Below, in pieces: positions 28,201-43,163 of a stretch of DNA of 64,000 nt. The position numbers and the translations under genes are program-made. Every line of letters starts with the position of its first letter. Within the stretch, counting starts at the first letter, position 1. Source of the DNA: the human T2T-CHM13v2.0 reference genome, Homo sapiens. The stretch lies in assembly GCF_009914755.1 (NCBI RefSeq), contig NC_060933.1. One strand, 5' to 3'. The notes under the pieces are model-generated. The model did not search any database. It worked only from the letters and a program-made list of their open reading frames with translations, and had not been told where the DNA came from.

Positions 28201-31200
28201 AGGGGAATGGAATGGAATGGAATGCAATGGAATGGAATCTTCCGGAATGGAATGGAATGGAATGGAATGGAATGGAATGGAATCAACCCGAGAGCAATGG
28301 AATGGAGTTGAATGGAATGGAATGGAATGGAACAACCCGAATGGAATGGAATGTAATGGAGAGTAAGGGAGTTGAATAGAATCAATCCGAATATAATGGA
28401 ATGGAATGGAACGGAATGGAATTGAATGGAATGGAATGGAATGCAATGGAATGGAATCAACCCGAGTGCAATGGAATGGAGAGGAATGGAAAGGAATGGA
28501 ATGGAAACTAGCAGAATGGAATGGAATGTAATGGAGTATAAGGGAATTGAATAGAATCAATCCGAATATAATGGAATGGAATGGAACGGAACGGAATGGA
28601 ATGGAATGGAATGGAATGGAATGGAATGGAATGCAATGGAATGGAATCAACCCAAGCGCAATCGAATGGAATCGAATGGAATGGAATGCAATGGAATGGA
28701 TTCAACTTGAATGGAATGGAAAGAATGGAATCAACACGAGTGGAATGGCATGGATTGGAATGGAATGGAATGGAATCAACCCGAGTACAGGGGAATGGAA
28801 TGGAATGGAATGCAATGGAATGGAATCATCCGTAATGGAATGGAAAGGAATGGAATGGAATGGAATGGAATGGAATGGAATGGAATGGAATCAACTCGAT
28901 TGCAATCGAATGGAATGGAATGGAATTAACCCGAATAGAATGGAATGGAATGGAATGGAACGGAACGGAATGGAATGGAATGGAATGGAATGGAATGGAA
29001 TGGAATGGAACGGAACGGAATGGAATGGAATGGAATCAACGCGAGTGCAGGGGAATGGAATGGAATGGAATGCAATGGAATGGAATCTTCCGGAATGGAA
29101 TGGAAAGGAATGGAATGGAATGAAATGCAATGGATTCAACTCGATTGCAATGGAATGGAATAGAATGGAATGGAATGGAATGGAATGGAATTAATTCGAA
29201 TAGAATGGAATGGAAAGGAATGGAACGGAATGGAACGGAATGGAATGGAATGCAATGGAATGGAATGGTATGGAATGGAATGGAATGGTACGGAATAGAA
29301 TGGAATGGAACGAATTGTAATGGAATGGAATGGAATGGAATGGAATGGAATGGAATGGAATCAACGCGAGTGCAGGGGAATGTAATAGAACGGAATGCAA
29401 TGGAATGGAATCATCCGGAATGGAATGGAATGGAATGGAATGGAATGGAATGGAATCAACCCGAGTGCAATGGAATGGAGTGGGATGGAATGGAATGGAA
29501 TGGAATGGAACAACCCGAATGGAATGGAATGTAATGGAGAGTAAGGGAGTTGAATAGAATCAATCCGAATATAATGGAATGGAATGCAACGGAATGGAAT
29601 GGAATGGAATGGAATGGAATGCAATGGAATTGAATCAACCCGAGTACAATGGAATGGAATGGAATGGAATGGAATGGAATGATACGGAATAGAATGGAAT
29701 GGAACGAAATGGAATTGAATGGAATGGAATGGAATGGAATGGAATGGAATGGAATCGTTCCGAGTGGAATAGGAGGGAATGTATTCCAGTGGAATGGAAA
29801 GGAATGGAATCAACCAGAGTGGAAAGGAAGGGAATGGAATGGAATGGAAACTAATAGAATGGAATCAACCCGAGAGGAATGGAATGGAAAGGACTGGAAT
29901 GGAATGGAATGGAATGGAATCAACTCAATTGTAATGGAATGGAATGGAATGGAATGGAATGGAATGGAATGGAATGGAATGGAATGGAATGGAATTAACC
30001 CGAATACAATGCAATGGAATGGAATGGAACGGAATGGAGTGGAATGGAATGGAATCAACCCGAGTGCAGGGGAATGGAATGGAATGGAATGCAATGGAAT
30101 GGAATCATCCGGAATGGAATGGAATGGAATGGAATGCAAAGCAATGGAATCAACTCGATTGCAATGGAATGGAATGGAATGGAAAGGAATACATTGGAAT
30201 CAACCCGAGTGGAATGGAATGGAAAGGACTGGAATGGAGTGGAATGGAATGGAATGGAATGGAATGGAATCAACTCGATTGGAATGGAATGGAATGGAAT
30301 GGAATGGAATGGAATTAACCCGAATAGAATGGAATGGAATGGAATGGAACGGAACGGAACGGAATGGAATGGAATGGAATGGAATGGAATGGAATGGAAT
30401 GGAATCAACGCGAGTGCAGGGGAATGGAATGGAATGGAATGCAATGGAATGGAATCTTCCGGAATGGAATGGAATGGAATGGAATGGAATGGAATGGAAT
30501 GGAATGGAATGGAATAAATCCGAGTGCAATGGAATGGAGTGGAATGGAATGGAATGGAATGGAACAACCCGAATGGAATGGAATGTAATGGAGAGTAAGG
30601 GAGTTGAATAGAATCAATCCGAATGTAATGGAATGGAATGGAACGGAATGGAATTGAATGGAATGGAATGGAATGCAATGGAATGGAATCAACCCGAGTT
30701 CAATGGAATGGAGAGGAATGGAATGGAATGGAATGGAAACTACCCGAATGGAATGGAATGTAATGGAGTGTAAGGGAATTGAATAGAATCAATCCGAATG
30801 TAATGGAATGGAATGGAACGGAATGGAATGGAATGGAATGGAATGGAATTCAATGGAATGGAATGCAATGGAATGGAATCAACCCGAGTGCAATCGAATG
30901 GAATCGAATGGAATGGAATGCAATGGAATGGATTCAACTTGAATGGAATGGAAAGAATGGAATCAACACGAGTGGAATGGCATGGATTGGAATGGAAAGG
31001 AATGGAATCAACCCGAGTATAGGGGAATGGAATGGAATGGAATGCAATGGAATGGAATCATCCGTAATGGAATGGAAAGGAATGGAATGGAATGGAATGG
31101 AATGGAATGGAATGGAATCAACTCGATTGCAATCGAATGGAATGGAATGGAATTAACCCGAATAGAATGGAATGGAAAAGAATGGAACAGAACGGAATGG

Positions 31201-33400
31201 AATGGAATGGAATGGAACGGAAAGGAAGGGAATGGAATGAAATAGAATGGAATGGAATGGAATCAACGCGAGTGCAGAGTAATGGAATGGAATGGAATGC
31301 AATGGAATGGAATCTTCCGGAATGGAATGGAATGGAATGGAATGGAATGGAATGGAATGGAATCAACCCGAGTGCAATGGAATGGAGTGGAATGGAATGG
31401 AATGGAATGGAACAACCCAAATGGAATGGAATGTAATGGAGAGTAAGGGAGTTGAATAGAATCAATCCGAATGTAATGGAATGGAATGGAACGGAATGGA
31501 ATTGAATGGAATGGAATGGAATGCAATGGAATGGAATCAACCCGAGTGCAATGGAATGGAGAGGAATGGAATGGAATGGAATGGAATCTACCCGAATGGA
31601 ATGGAATTTAATGGATTGTAAGGGAATTGAATAGAATCAATCCGAATGTAATGGAATGGAATGGAACGGAATGGAATGGAATGGAATGGAATGCAATGGA
31701 ATGGAATCAACCCGAGTGCAATAGAATGGAATCGAATGGAATGGAATGCAATGGAATGGATTCAACTTGAATGGAATGGAAAGAATGGAATCAACACGAG
31801 TGGAATGGCAGGGATTGGAATGGAATGGAATGGAATCAACCCGAGTACAGGGGAATAGAATGGAATGGAATGCAATGGAATGGAATCATCCGTAATGGAA
31901 TGCAAAGGAATGGAATGGAATGGAATGGAATGGAATGGAATCAACTCGATTGCAATCGAATGGAATGGAATGGAATTAACCCGAATAGAATGGAATGGAA
32001 TGGAATGGAACGGAACGGAATGGAATGGAATGGAATGGAATGGAATGGAACGGAACGGAAAGGAATGGAATGGAATGGAATGGAATGGAATGGAATGGAA
32101 TCAACGCGAGTGCAGGGGAATGGAATGGAATGGAATGCAATGGAATGGAATCTTCCGGAATGGAATGGAATTTAATGGAATGGAATGGAATGGAATGGAA
32201 TGAAATGGAATGGAATGGAATCAACGCGATTGCAGGGGAATGGAATGGAATGGAATGCAATGAATTGGAATCTTCAGGAATGAAATGGAATGGAATGGAA
32301 TGGAATGGAATAAACCCGAGTGCAATGGAATGGAGTGGAATGGAATGGAATGCAATGGAACAACCCGAATGGAATGGAATGTAATGGAGAGTAAGGGAGT
32401 TGAATAGAATCAATCCGAATATAATGGAATGGAATGGAACGGAATGGAATTGAATGGAATGGAATGGAATGCAAAAGAATGGAATCAACCCGAGTGCAAT
32501 GGAATGGAGAGGAATGGAATGGAATGGAATGAAAACTACCCGAATGGAATGGAATGTAATGGAGTGTAAGGGAATTGAAAAGAATCAATCGGAATGTAAT
32601 GGACTGGAATGGAACGGAATGTAATGGAATGGAATGGAATGGAATGGAATGCAATGGAATGGAATCAACCCGAGTGCAATCGAATGGAATCGAATGGAAT
32701 GGAATGCAATGGAATGGATTCAACTTGAATGGAATGGAAAGAATGCAATCAACACGAGTGGAATGGCATGGATTGGAATGGAATGGAATGGAGTCAACCC
32801 GAGTACAGGGGAATGGAATGGAATGGAATGCAATGGAATGGAATCATCCGTAATGGAATGGAAAGGAATGGAATGGAATGGAATGGAATGGAATGGAATG
32901 GAATCAACTCGATTGCATTCGAATGGAATGGAATGGAATTAACCCGAATAGAATGGAATGGAGTGGAATGGAATGGAACGGAACGGAATGGAATGGAATG
33001 GAATGGAATGGAATGGAATGGAATGGAACGGAACGGAATGGATGGAATGGAATGGAATGGAATGGAATGGAATCAACGCGAGTGCAGGGGAATGGAATGG
33101 AGTGGAATGCAATGGAATGGAATCTACCGGATTGTAATGGAATGGAATGGAATGGAATGAAATGCAATGGATTCAACTCGATTGCAATGGAATGGAATAG
33201 AATGGAATGGAATGGAATGGAATGGAATTAACCCGAATAGAATGGAATGGAATGGAATGGAACGGAATGGAACGGAATGGAATGGAATGGAATGGAATGG
33301 AATGGAATGGTATGGAATGGAATGGAATGGTACGGAATAGAATGGAATGGAACGAATTGTAATGGAATGGAATTGAATGGAATGGAATGGAATGGAATGG

Positions 33401-33580
33401 AATCAACGCAAGTCCAGGGGAATGTAATGGAACGGAATGCAATGGAATGGAATCATCCGGAATGGAATGGAATGGAATGGAATGGAATGGAATCAACGCA
33501 AGTCCAGGGGAATGTAATGGAACGGAATGCAATGGAATGGAATCATCCGGAATGGAATGGAATGGAATGGAATGGAATGG
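33401..33580 (+). repeat. Perfect 90-bp tandem duplication (2 copies)
   Basis: aatcaacgcaagtccagggg...aatcatccgg... starts at 33401 and 33491. The double variant CAACGCAAGTCC is seen only here. Confidence 0.92.
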
Positions 33581-35870
33581 AGTCAACCCGAGGGCAATGG
33601 AATGGTGTGGAATGGAATGGAATGGAATGGAACAACCCGAATGGAATGGAATGTAATGGAGAGTAAGGTAGTTGAATAGAATCAATCCGAATGTAATGGA
33701 ATGGAATGCAACGGAATGGAATGGAATGGAATGGAATGGAATGCAATGGAATTGAATTAACCCGAGTGCAATAGAATGGAATCGAATGGAATGGAATGCA
33801 ATGGAATGGATTCAACTTGAATGGAATGGAAAGAATGGAATCAACACGAGTGGAATGGCATGGATTGGAATGGAATGGAATGGAATCAACCCGAGTACAG
33901 GGGAATGGAATGGAATGGAATGCAATGGAATGGAATCATCCGTAATGGAATGGAATGGAATGGAATGGAATGGAATGGAATGGAATGGAATCATCTCGAT
34001 TGCAATCGAATGGAATGGAATGGAATTAACCGGAATAGAATGGAATGGAATGGAATGGAATGGAACGGAACGGATTGGAATGGAATGGAATGGAATGGAA
34101 TGGAACGGAACGGAACGAAATGGAATGGAATGGAATGGAACGTAATGGAATCAACGCGAGTGCAGGGGAATGGAATGGAATGGAATGCAATGGAATGGAA
34201 TCTTCCGGAATGGAATGGAATGGAATGGAATGGAATGAAATGCAATGGATTCAACTCGATTGCAATGGAATGGAATAGAATGGAATGGAATGGAATGGAA
34301 TGGAATTAATCCGAATAGAATGGAATGGAATGGAATGGAACGGAATGGAACGGAATGGAATGGAATGGAATGGAATGGAACGGTATGGAATGGAATGGAA
34401 TGGTATGGAATAGAATGGAATGGAACGAATTGTAATGGAATGGAATTGAATGGAATGGAATGGAATGGAATGGAATCAACGCGAGTGCAGGGGAATGTAA
34501 TGGAACGGAATGCAATGGAATGGAATCATCCGGAATGGAATGGAATAGAATGGAATGGAATGGAATGGAATGGAATGGAATCAACCCGAGTGCAATTGAA
34601 TGGAGTGGAATGGAATGGAATGGAACAACCCCAATGGAATGGAATGTAATGGAGAGTAAGGGAGTTGAATAGAATCAATCCGAATGTAATGGAATGGAAT
34701 GCAACGGAATGGAATGGAATGGAATGCAATGGAATGCAATGGAATGGAATCAACCCGAGTACAATGGAATGGAATGGAATGGAATGGAATGGAATGGAAT
34801 AGAATGGAATGGAATGGAATGATACGGAATAGAATGGAATGGAACGAAATGGAATGTAATGGAATGGAATGGAATGGAATGGAATAGAATCTTTCCGAGT
34901 GGAATAGGAGGGAATGTATTCGAGTGGAATGGAAAGGAATGGAATCAACCAGAGTGGAATGGAAGGGAATGGAATGGAATGGAATGCAATGCAATAGAAT
35001 GGAATCAACCCGAGTGCAATCGAATGGAATCAAATGGAATGGAATGCAATGGAATGGATTCAACTTGAATGGAAAGGAAAGAATGGAATCAACACGAGTG
35101 GAATGGCATGGATTGGAATGGAATGGAATGGAATCAACCCGAGTACAGGGGAATGGAATGGAATGGAATGCAATGGAATGGAATCATCAGTAATGGAATG
35201 GAAAGGAATGGAAAGGACTGGAATGGAATGGAATGGAATGGAATGGAATGGAATCAACTCGATTGCAATCGAATGTAATGGAATGGAATTAACCCGAATA
35301 GAATGGAATGGAATGGAATGGAACGGAACGGAATGGAATGGAATGGAACGGAAAGGAATGGAATGGAATGGAATGGAACGGAATGGAATGGAATGGATTC
35401 AACGCGAGTGCAGGGGAATGGAATGGAATCGAATGGAATGGAAAGGAATGGAATGGAATCAACCCGAGTGCAGGGGAACGTAATGGAACTGAATGCAATG
35501 GAATGGAATCATCCGGAATGGAATGGAATGGAATGGAATGGAATCAACCCGAGTGCAATGGAATGGAGTGGAATGGAATGGAAAGGAATGGAACAACCCG
35601 AATGGAATGGAATGTAATGGAGAGTAAGGGAGTTGAAAAGAATCAATCCGAATGTAATGGAATGGAATGGAACGTAAAGGAATGGAATGGAATGGAATAG
35701 AATGCAATGGAAAGGAATCAACCCGAGTACAATGGAATGTAATGGAATGGAATGGAATGGAATGGAATGGAATGCAATGGAATGGAATCTTCCGGAATTG
35801 AATGGAATGGAATGGAATAGAATGGAATGGAATTAAAACGAATAGAATGGAATGGAATGGAATGGAATGG

Positions 35871-38800
35871 AATCAACTCGATTGGAATGGAATGGAATGG
35901 AATTAAACCGAATAGAATGGAATGGAATGGAATGGAACGGAACGGAACGGAATGGAATGGAATGGAATGGAATGGAATGGAATGGAATCAACCCGACTGC
36001 AGGGGAATGGAATGGAATGGAATGCAATGGAATGGATTCATCTTGAATGGAATGGAAAGAATGGAATCAACACGAGTGGAATGGCATGGATTAGAATGGA
36101 ATGGAATGGAATCAACCAGAGTATAGGGGAATGGAATGGAATGGAATGCAATGGAATGGAATCATCCGTAATGGAATGGAAAGGAATGGAATCGAATGGA
36201 ATGGAATGGAATGGAATGGAATGGAATCAACTCGATTGCAATCGAATGGAATGGAATGGAATTAACCCGAATAGAATGGAATGGAATGGAATGAAACGGA
36301 ACGGAATGGAATGGAATGGAATGGAATGGAATGGAACGGAAAGGAAGGGAATGGAATGGAATAGAATGGAATGGAATGGAATCAACGCGAGTGCAGGGGA
36401 ATGGAATGGAATGGAATGCAATGGAATGGAATCTTCCGGAATGGAATGGAATGGAATGGAATGGAATGGAATGGAATCAACCCGAGTGCAATGGAATGGA
36501 GTGGAATGGAATGGAATGGAATGGAACAACCCGAATTGAATGGAATATAATGGAGAGTAAGGGAGTTGAATAGAATCAATCCGAATGTAATGGAATGGAA
36601 TGGAATGGAATGGATTTGAATGGAATGGAATGGAATGCAATGGAATGGAATCAACCCGAGTGCAATGGAATGGAGAGGAATGGAATGGAATAGAATGGAA
36701 ACTACCCGAATGGAATGGAATGTAATGGAGTGTAAAGGAATTGAATAGAATCAATCCGAATGTAATGGAATGGAATGGAACGGAATGGAATGGAATGGAA
36801 TGGAATGCAATGGAATGGAATCAACCCGAGTGCAATCGAATGGAATCGAATGGAATGGAATGCAATGGAATGGATTCAACTTGAATGGAATGGAAAGAAT
36901 GGAATCAACACGAGTGGAATGGCATGGATTGGAATGGAATGGAATGGAATCAACCCGAGTACAGGGGAATGGAATGGAATGGAATGCAATGGAATGGAAT
37001 CATCCGTAATGGAATGGAAAGGAATGGAATGGAATGGAATGGAATGGAATGGAATGGAATGGAATGGAATCAACTCGATTGCAATCGAATGGAATAGAAT
37101 GGAATTAACCCGAATAGAATGGAATGGAATGGAATGGAATGGAACGGAATGGAATGGAATGGAATGCAATGGAACGGAACGGAATGGAATGGAATGGAAT
37201 GGAATGGAATGGAATGGAATCAGCGCGAGTGCAGGGGAATGGAATGGAATGGAATGCAATGGAATGGAATCTTCCGGAATGGAATGGAATGGAATGGAAT
37301 GGAATGAAATGCAATGGATTCAACTCGATTGCAATGGAATGGAATAGAATGGAATGGAATGGAATGGAAAGGAATTAATTCGAATAGAATGGAATGGAAT
37401 GGAATGGAACGGAATGGAACGGAATGGAATGGAATGGAATGCAATGGAATGGTATGGAATGGAATGGAATGGTACGGAATAGAATGGAATGGAACGAATT
37501 GTAATGGAATGGAATTGAATTGAATTGAATGGAATCAACGCGAGTGCAGGGGAATGTAATGGAACGGAATGCAATGGAATGGAATCATCCGGAATGGAAT
37601 GGAATGGAATGGAATGGAATGGAATGGAATGGAATGGAATCAACCCGAGTGCAATGGAATGGAGTGGAATGGAATGGAATGGAACAACCCGAATGGAATG
37701 GAATGTAATGGAGAGTAAGGGAGTTGAATAGAATCAATCCGAATGTAATGGAATGGAATGCAACGGAATGGAATGGAATGGAATGGAATTAACCCGAATA
37801 CAATGGAATGGAATGGAATGGAATGGAATGGAGTGGAATGGAATGGAATCAACCCGAGTGGAGGGGAATGGAATGGAATGGAATGCAATGGAATGGAATC
37901 ATCCGGAATGGAATGGAATGGAAGGGAATGGAATGCAAAACAATGGAATCAACTCGATTGCAATGGAATGCAATGGAATTTAAAGGAATACATTGGAATC
38001 AACCCGAGTGGAATGGAATGGAAAGGACTGGAATGGAGTGGAATGGAATGGAATGGAATGGAATGGAATCAACTCGATTGGAATGGAATGGAATGGAATT
38101 AACCCGAATAGAATGGAATGGAATGGAATGGAACGGAACGGAACGGAATGGAATGGAATGGTATGGAATGGAATGGAATGGAATCAACCCGACTGCAGGG
38201 GAATGGAATGGAATGGAATGCAATGGAATGGATTCATCTTGAATGGAATGGAAAGAATGGAATCAACACGAGTGGAATGGCATGGATTGGAATGGAATGG
38301 AATGGAATCAACCAGACTATAGGGGAATGGAATGGAATGGAATGCAATGGAATGGAATCATCCGTAATGGAATGGAAAGGAATGGAATCGAATGGAATGG
38401 AATGGAATGGAATGGAATGGAATCAACTCGATTGCAATCGAATGGAATGGAATGGAATTAACCCGAATAGAATGGAATGGAATGGAATGGAACGGAACGG
38501 AATGGAATGGAATGGAATGGAATGGAATGGAATGGAACGGAAAGGAAGGGAATGGAATGGAATAGAATGGAATGGAATGGAATCAACGCGAGTGCAGGGG
38601 AATGGAATGGAATGGAATGCAATGGAATGGAATCTTCCGGAATGGAATGGAATGGAATGGAATGGAATGGAATCAACCCGAGTGCAATGGAATGGAGTGG
38701 AATGGAATGGAATGGAATGGAACAACCCGAATTGAATGGAATATAATGGAGAGTAAGGGAGTTGAATAGAATCAATCCGAATGTAATGGAATGGAATGGA

Positions 38801-40490
38801 ACGGAATGGATTTGAATGGAATGGAATGGAATGCAATGGAATGGAATCAACCCGAGTGCAATGGAATGGAGAGGAATGGAATGTAATAGAATGGAAACTA
38901 CCCGAATGGAATGGAATGTAATGGAGTGTAAAGGAATTGAATAGAATCAATCCGAATGTAATGGAATGGAATGGAACGGAATGGAATGGAATGGAATGGA
39001 ATGCAATGGAATGGAATCAACCCGAGTGCAATCGAATGGAATCGAATGGAATGGAATGCAATGGAATGGATTCAACTTGAATGGAATGGAAAGAATGGAA
39101 TCAACACGAGTGGAATGGCATGGATTCGAATGGAATGGAATGGAATCAACCCGAGTACAGGGGAATGGAATGGAATGGAATGCAATGGAATGGAATCATC
39201 CGTAATGGAATGGAAAGGAATGGAATGGAATGGAATGGAATGGAATGGAATGGAATGGAATCAACTCGATTGCAATCGAATGGAATGGAATGGAATTAAC
39301 CCGAATAGAATGGAATGGAATGGAATGGAATGGAACGGAATGGAATGGAATGGAATGCAATGGAACGGAACGGAATGGAATGGAATGGAATGGAATGGAA
39401 TGGAATGGAATCAGCGCGAGTGCAGGGGAATGGAATGGAATGGAATGCAATGGAATGGAATCTTCCGGAATGGAATGGAATGGAATGGAATGGAATGAAA
39501 TGCAATGGATTCAACTCGATTGCAATGGAATGGAATAGAATGGAATGGAATGGAATGGAAAGGAATTAATTCGAATAGAATGGAATGGAATGGAATGGAA
39601 CGGAATGGAACGGAATGGAATGGAATGGAATGGAATGGTATGGAATGGAATGGAATGGTACGGAATAGAATGGAATGGAACGAATTGTAATGGAATGGAA
39701 TTGAATTGAATTGAATGGAATCAACGCGAGTGCAGGGGAATGTAATGGAACGGAATGCAATGGAATGGAATCATCCGGAATGGAATGGAATGGAATGGAA
39801 TGGAATGGAATGGAATGGAATGGAATCAACCCGAGTGCAATGGAATGGAGTGGAATGGAATGGAATGGAACAACCCGAATGGAATGGAATGTAATGGAGA
39901 GTAAGGGAGTTGAATAGAATCAATCCGAATGTAATGGAATGGAATGCAACGGAATGGAATGGAATGGAATGGAATTAACCCGAATACAATGGAATGGAAT
40001 GGAATGGAATGGAATGGAGAGGAACGGAATGGAATCAACCCGAGTGGAGGGGAATGGAATGGAATGGAATGCAATGGAATGGAATCATCCGGAATGGAAT
40101 GGAATGGAATGGAATGGAATGCAAAGCAATGGAATCAACTCGATTGCAATGGAATGCAATGGAATTTAAAGGAATACATTGGAATCAACCCGAGTGGAAT
40201 GGAATGGAAAGGACTGGAATGGAGTGGAATGGAATGGAATGGAATGGAATGGAATCAACTCGATTGGAATGGAATGGAATGGAATTAACCCGAATAGAAT
40301 GGAATGGAATGGAATGGAACGGAGCGGAACGGAATGGAATGGAATGGAATGGAATGGAATGGAATGGAATCAACCCGACTGCAGGGGAATGGAATGGAAT
40401 GGAATGCAATGGAATGGATTCATCTTGTATGGAATGGAAAGAATGGAATCAACACGAGTGGAATGGCATGGATTGGAATGGAATGGAATG
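35871..40490 (+). repeat. Tandem duplication, unit ~2.19 kb (2 full copies plus ~240 bp of a third)
   Basis: Unit starts at 35871, 38067 and 40253 (lags 2196 and 2186). Shared variants GGATTCATCTTG (3 times), CCGAATTGAATGGAATATAA, CAGCGCGAGT, (TGAAT)3, GAGTGGAGGGG and GGAATTTAAAGGAATACATT. Confidence 0.92.
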
Positions 40491-43163
40491 GAATCAACCC
40501 GAGTACAGGGGAATGGAATGGAATGGAATGCAATGGAATGGAATCATCCGTAATGGAATGGAAAGGAATGGAAAGGAATGGAATGGAATGGAATGGAATG
40601 GAATGGAATGGAATCAACTCGATTGCAATCGAATGGAATGGAATGGAATTAACCCGAATAGAATGGAATGGAGTGGAATGGAATGGAACGGAATGGAATG
40701 GAATGGAATGGAATGGAATGGAATGGAATGGAACGGAAAGGAATGGAATGGAATGGAATGGAATGGAATGGAATGGAATCAACGCGAGTGCAGGGGAATG
40801 GAATGGAATGGAATGCAATGGAATGGAATATTCCGGAATGGAATGGAATGGAATGGAATAGAATGGAATGGAATGGAATGGAATAAACCCGAGTGCAATG
40901 GAATGGAGTGGAATGGAATGGAGTGGAATTGAATGGAATGGAATGGAACAACCCGAACGGAATGGAATGTAATGGAGAGGAAGGGAGTTGAATAGAATCA
41001 ATCCGAATGTAATGGAATGGAATGGAACGGAACGGAATTGAATGGAATGGAATGGAATGCAATGGAATGGAATCAACCCGAGTGCAATGAAATGGAGAGG
41101 AATGGAATGGAATGGAATGGAAACTACCCGAATGGAATGGAATGTAATGGAGTGTAAGGGAATTGAATAGAATCAATCCGAATGTAATGTAATGGAATGG
41201 AATGGAATGGAATGGAATGGAATGGAATGCAATGGAATGGAATCAACCCGAGTGGAATCGAATGGAATCGAATGGAATGGAATGCAATGGAATGGATTCA
41301 ACTTGAATGGAATGGAAAGAATGGAATCAACACGAGTGGAAGGGCATGGATTGGAATGCAATGGAATGGAATCAACCCGAGTACAGGGGAATGGAATGGA
41401 ATGGAATGCAATGGAATGGAATCATCCGTAATGGAATGGAAAGGAATGGAATGGAATGTAATGGAATGGAATGGAATGGAATGGAATCAACACGATTGCA
41501 ATCGAATGGAATGGAATGGAATTAACCCGAACAGAATGGAATGGAATGGAATGGAACGGAACGGAATGGAATGGAATGGAATGGAATGGAATGGAACGGA
41601 ACGGAATGGAATGGAATGGAATGGAATGGAATCAAAGCGAGTGCAGGGGTATGGAATGGAATGGAATGTAATGGAATGGAATCTTCCGGAATGGAATGTA
41701 ATGGAATGGAATGGAATGAAAGGCAATGGATTCAACTCGATTGCAATGGAATGGAATAGAATGGAATGGAATGGAATGGAATGGAATGCAATTGAATGGA
41801 ATGGAATGCCTTCAAACCGAATGGAATGGAAAGGAATGGAATCAACACGAGTGGAAAAGAATGGAATGGAAAGGACTGGAATGGAATGGAATGGAATGGA
41901 ATGGAATGGAATGGAATCAACTCGATTGTAATGGAATGGAATGGAATGGAATGGAATGGAATGGAATTAACACGAATAAAATTGAATGGAATGGAATGGA
42001 ACGGAATGGAGTGGAATGGAATGGAATCAACCCGAGTGCAGGGGAATGGAATGGAATGGAATGCAATGGAATGGAATCATCCGGAATGGAATGGAATGGA
42101 ATGGAATGCAAAGCAGTGGAATCAACTCGATTGCAATGGAATGGAATGGAATTGAAAGGAATAGAATGGAATCAACCCGAGTGTAATGGAATGGAAAGGA
42201 CTGGAATGGAGTGGAATGGAATGGAATGGAATGGAATGGAATCAACTCGATTGGAATGGAATGGAATGGAATGGAATGGAATGGAATGGAATTAACCCGA
42301 ATAGAATGGAATGGAATGGAATGGAACGGAATGGAATGGAATGGAATGGAATGGAATGGAATGGAATCAACCCGACTGCAGGGGAATGGAATGGAATGGA
42401 ATGGAATGGAATGGAATCATCCGGAACGGAATGGAATGGAATGGAATGGAATCAACTCGATTGCAATGGAATGGAATGGAATGGAATGGAATGGAATGGA
42501 ATGGAATGGAATGGAATGGAATGGAATTGAATGGAATGGAATTCACCCGAATAGAATGGAATGGAATGGAATGGAAAGGAATGGAAGGGAAGGAAATGGA
42601 ATGTAATCAACCCGAGTGCAGGGGAATGGAATGGAACGGAATGCAATGGAATGGAATCATCCGGAATGGAATGGAATGGAATGGAATGGAATGGTATCAA
42701 CCCGAGTGCAGGGGAATGTAATGGAACGGAATTCAATGGAATGGTATCATCCGGAATGGAATGGAATGGAATGGAATGGAATGGAATGGAATCAACCCGA
42801 GTGCAATGGAATGGAGTGGAATGGAATGGAATGGAATGGAACAACCCGAATGGAATGGAATGTAATGGAGAGTAAGGGAGTTGAATAGAATCAATCCGAA
42901 TGTAATGGAATGGAATGCAACGGAATGGAATGGAATGGAATGCAATGGAATGGAATGGAATGGAATGCAAAGGAATGGAATCAACCCGAGTGGAATGGAA
43001 TGGAATGGATTGCAATGGATTGGAATGGAATGGAATCAACTCGAGTGGAAAGGAATGGAATGGAATGGAAAGGAATGGAATGAAGTCAACTCGAGTGGAA
43101 TGGAATGGAATGGAATGGATTGGAATGGATTGCAATGGAATGAAATGGAATGGAATGGAATGG

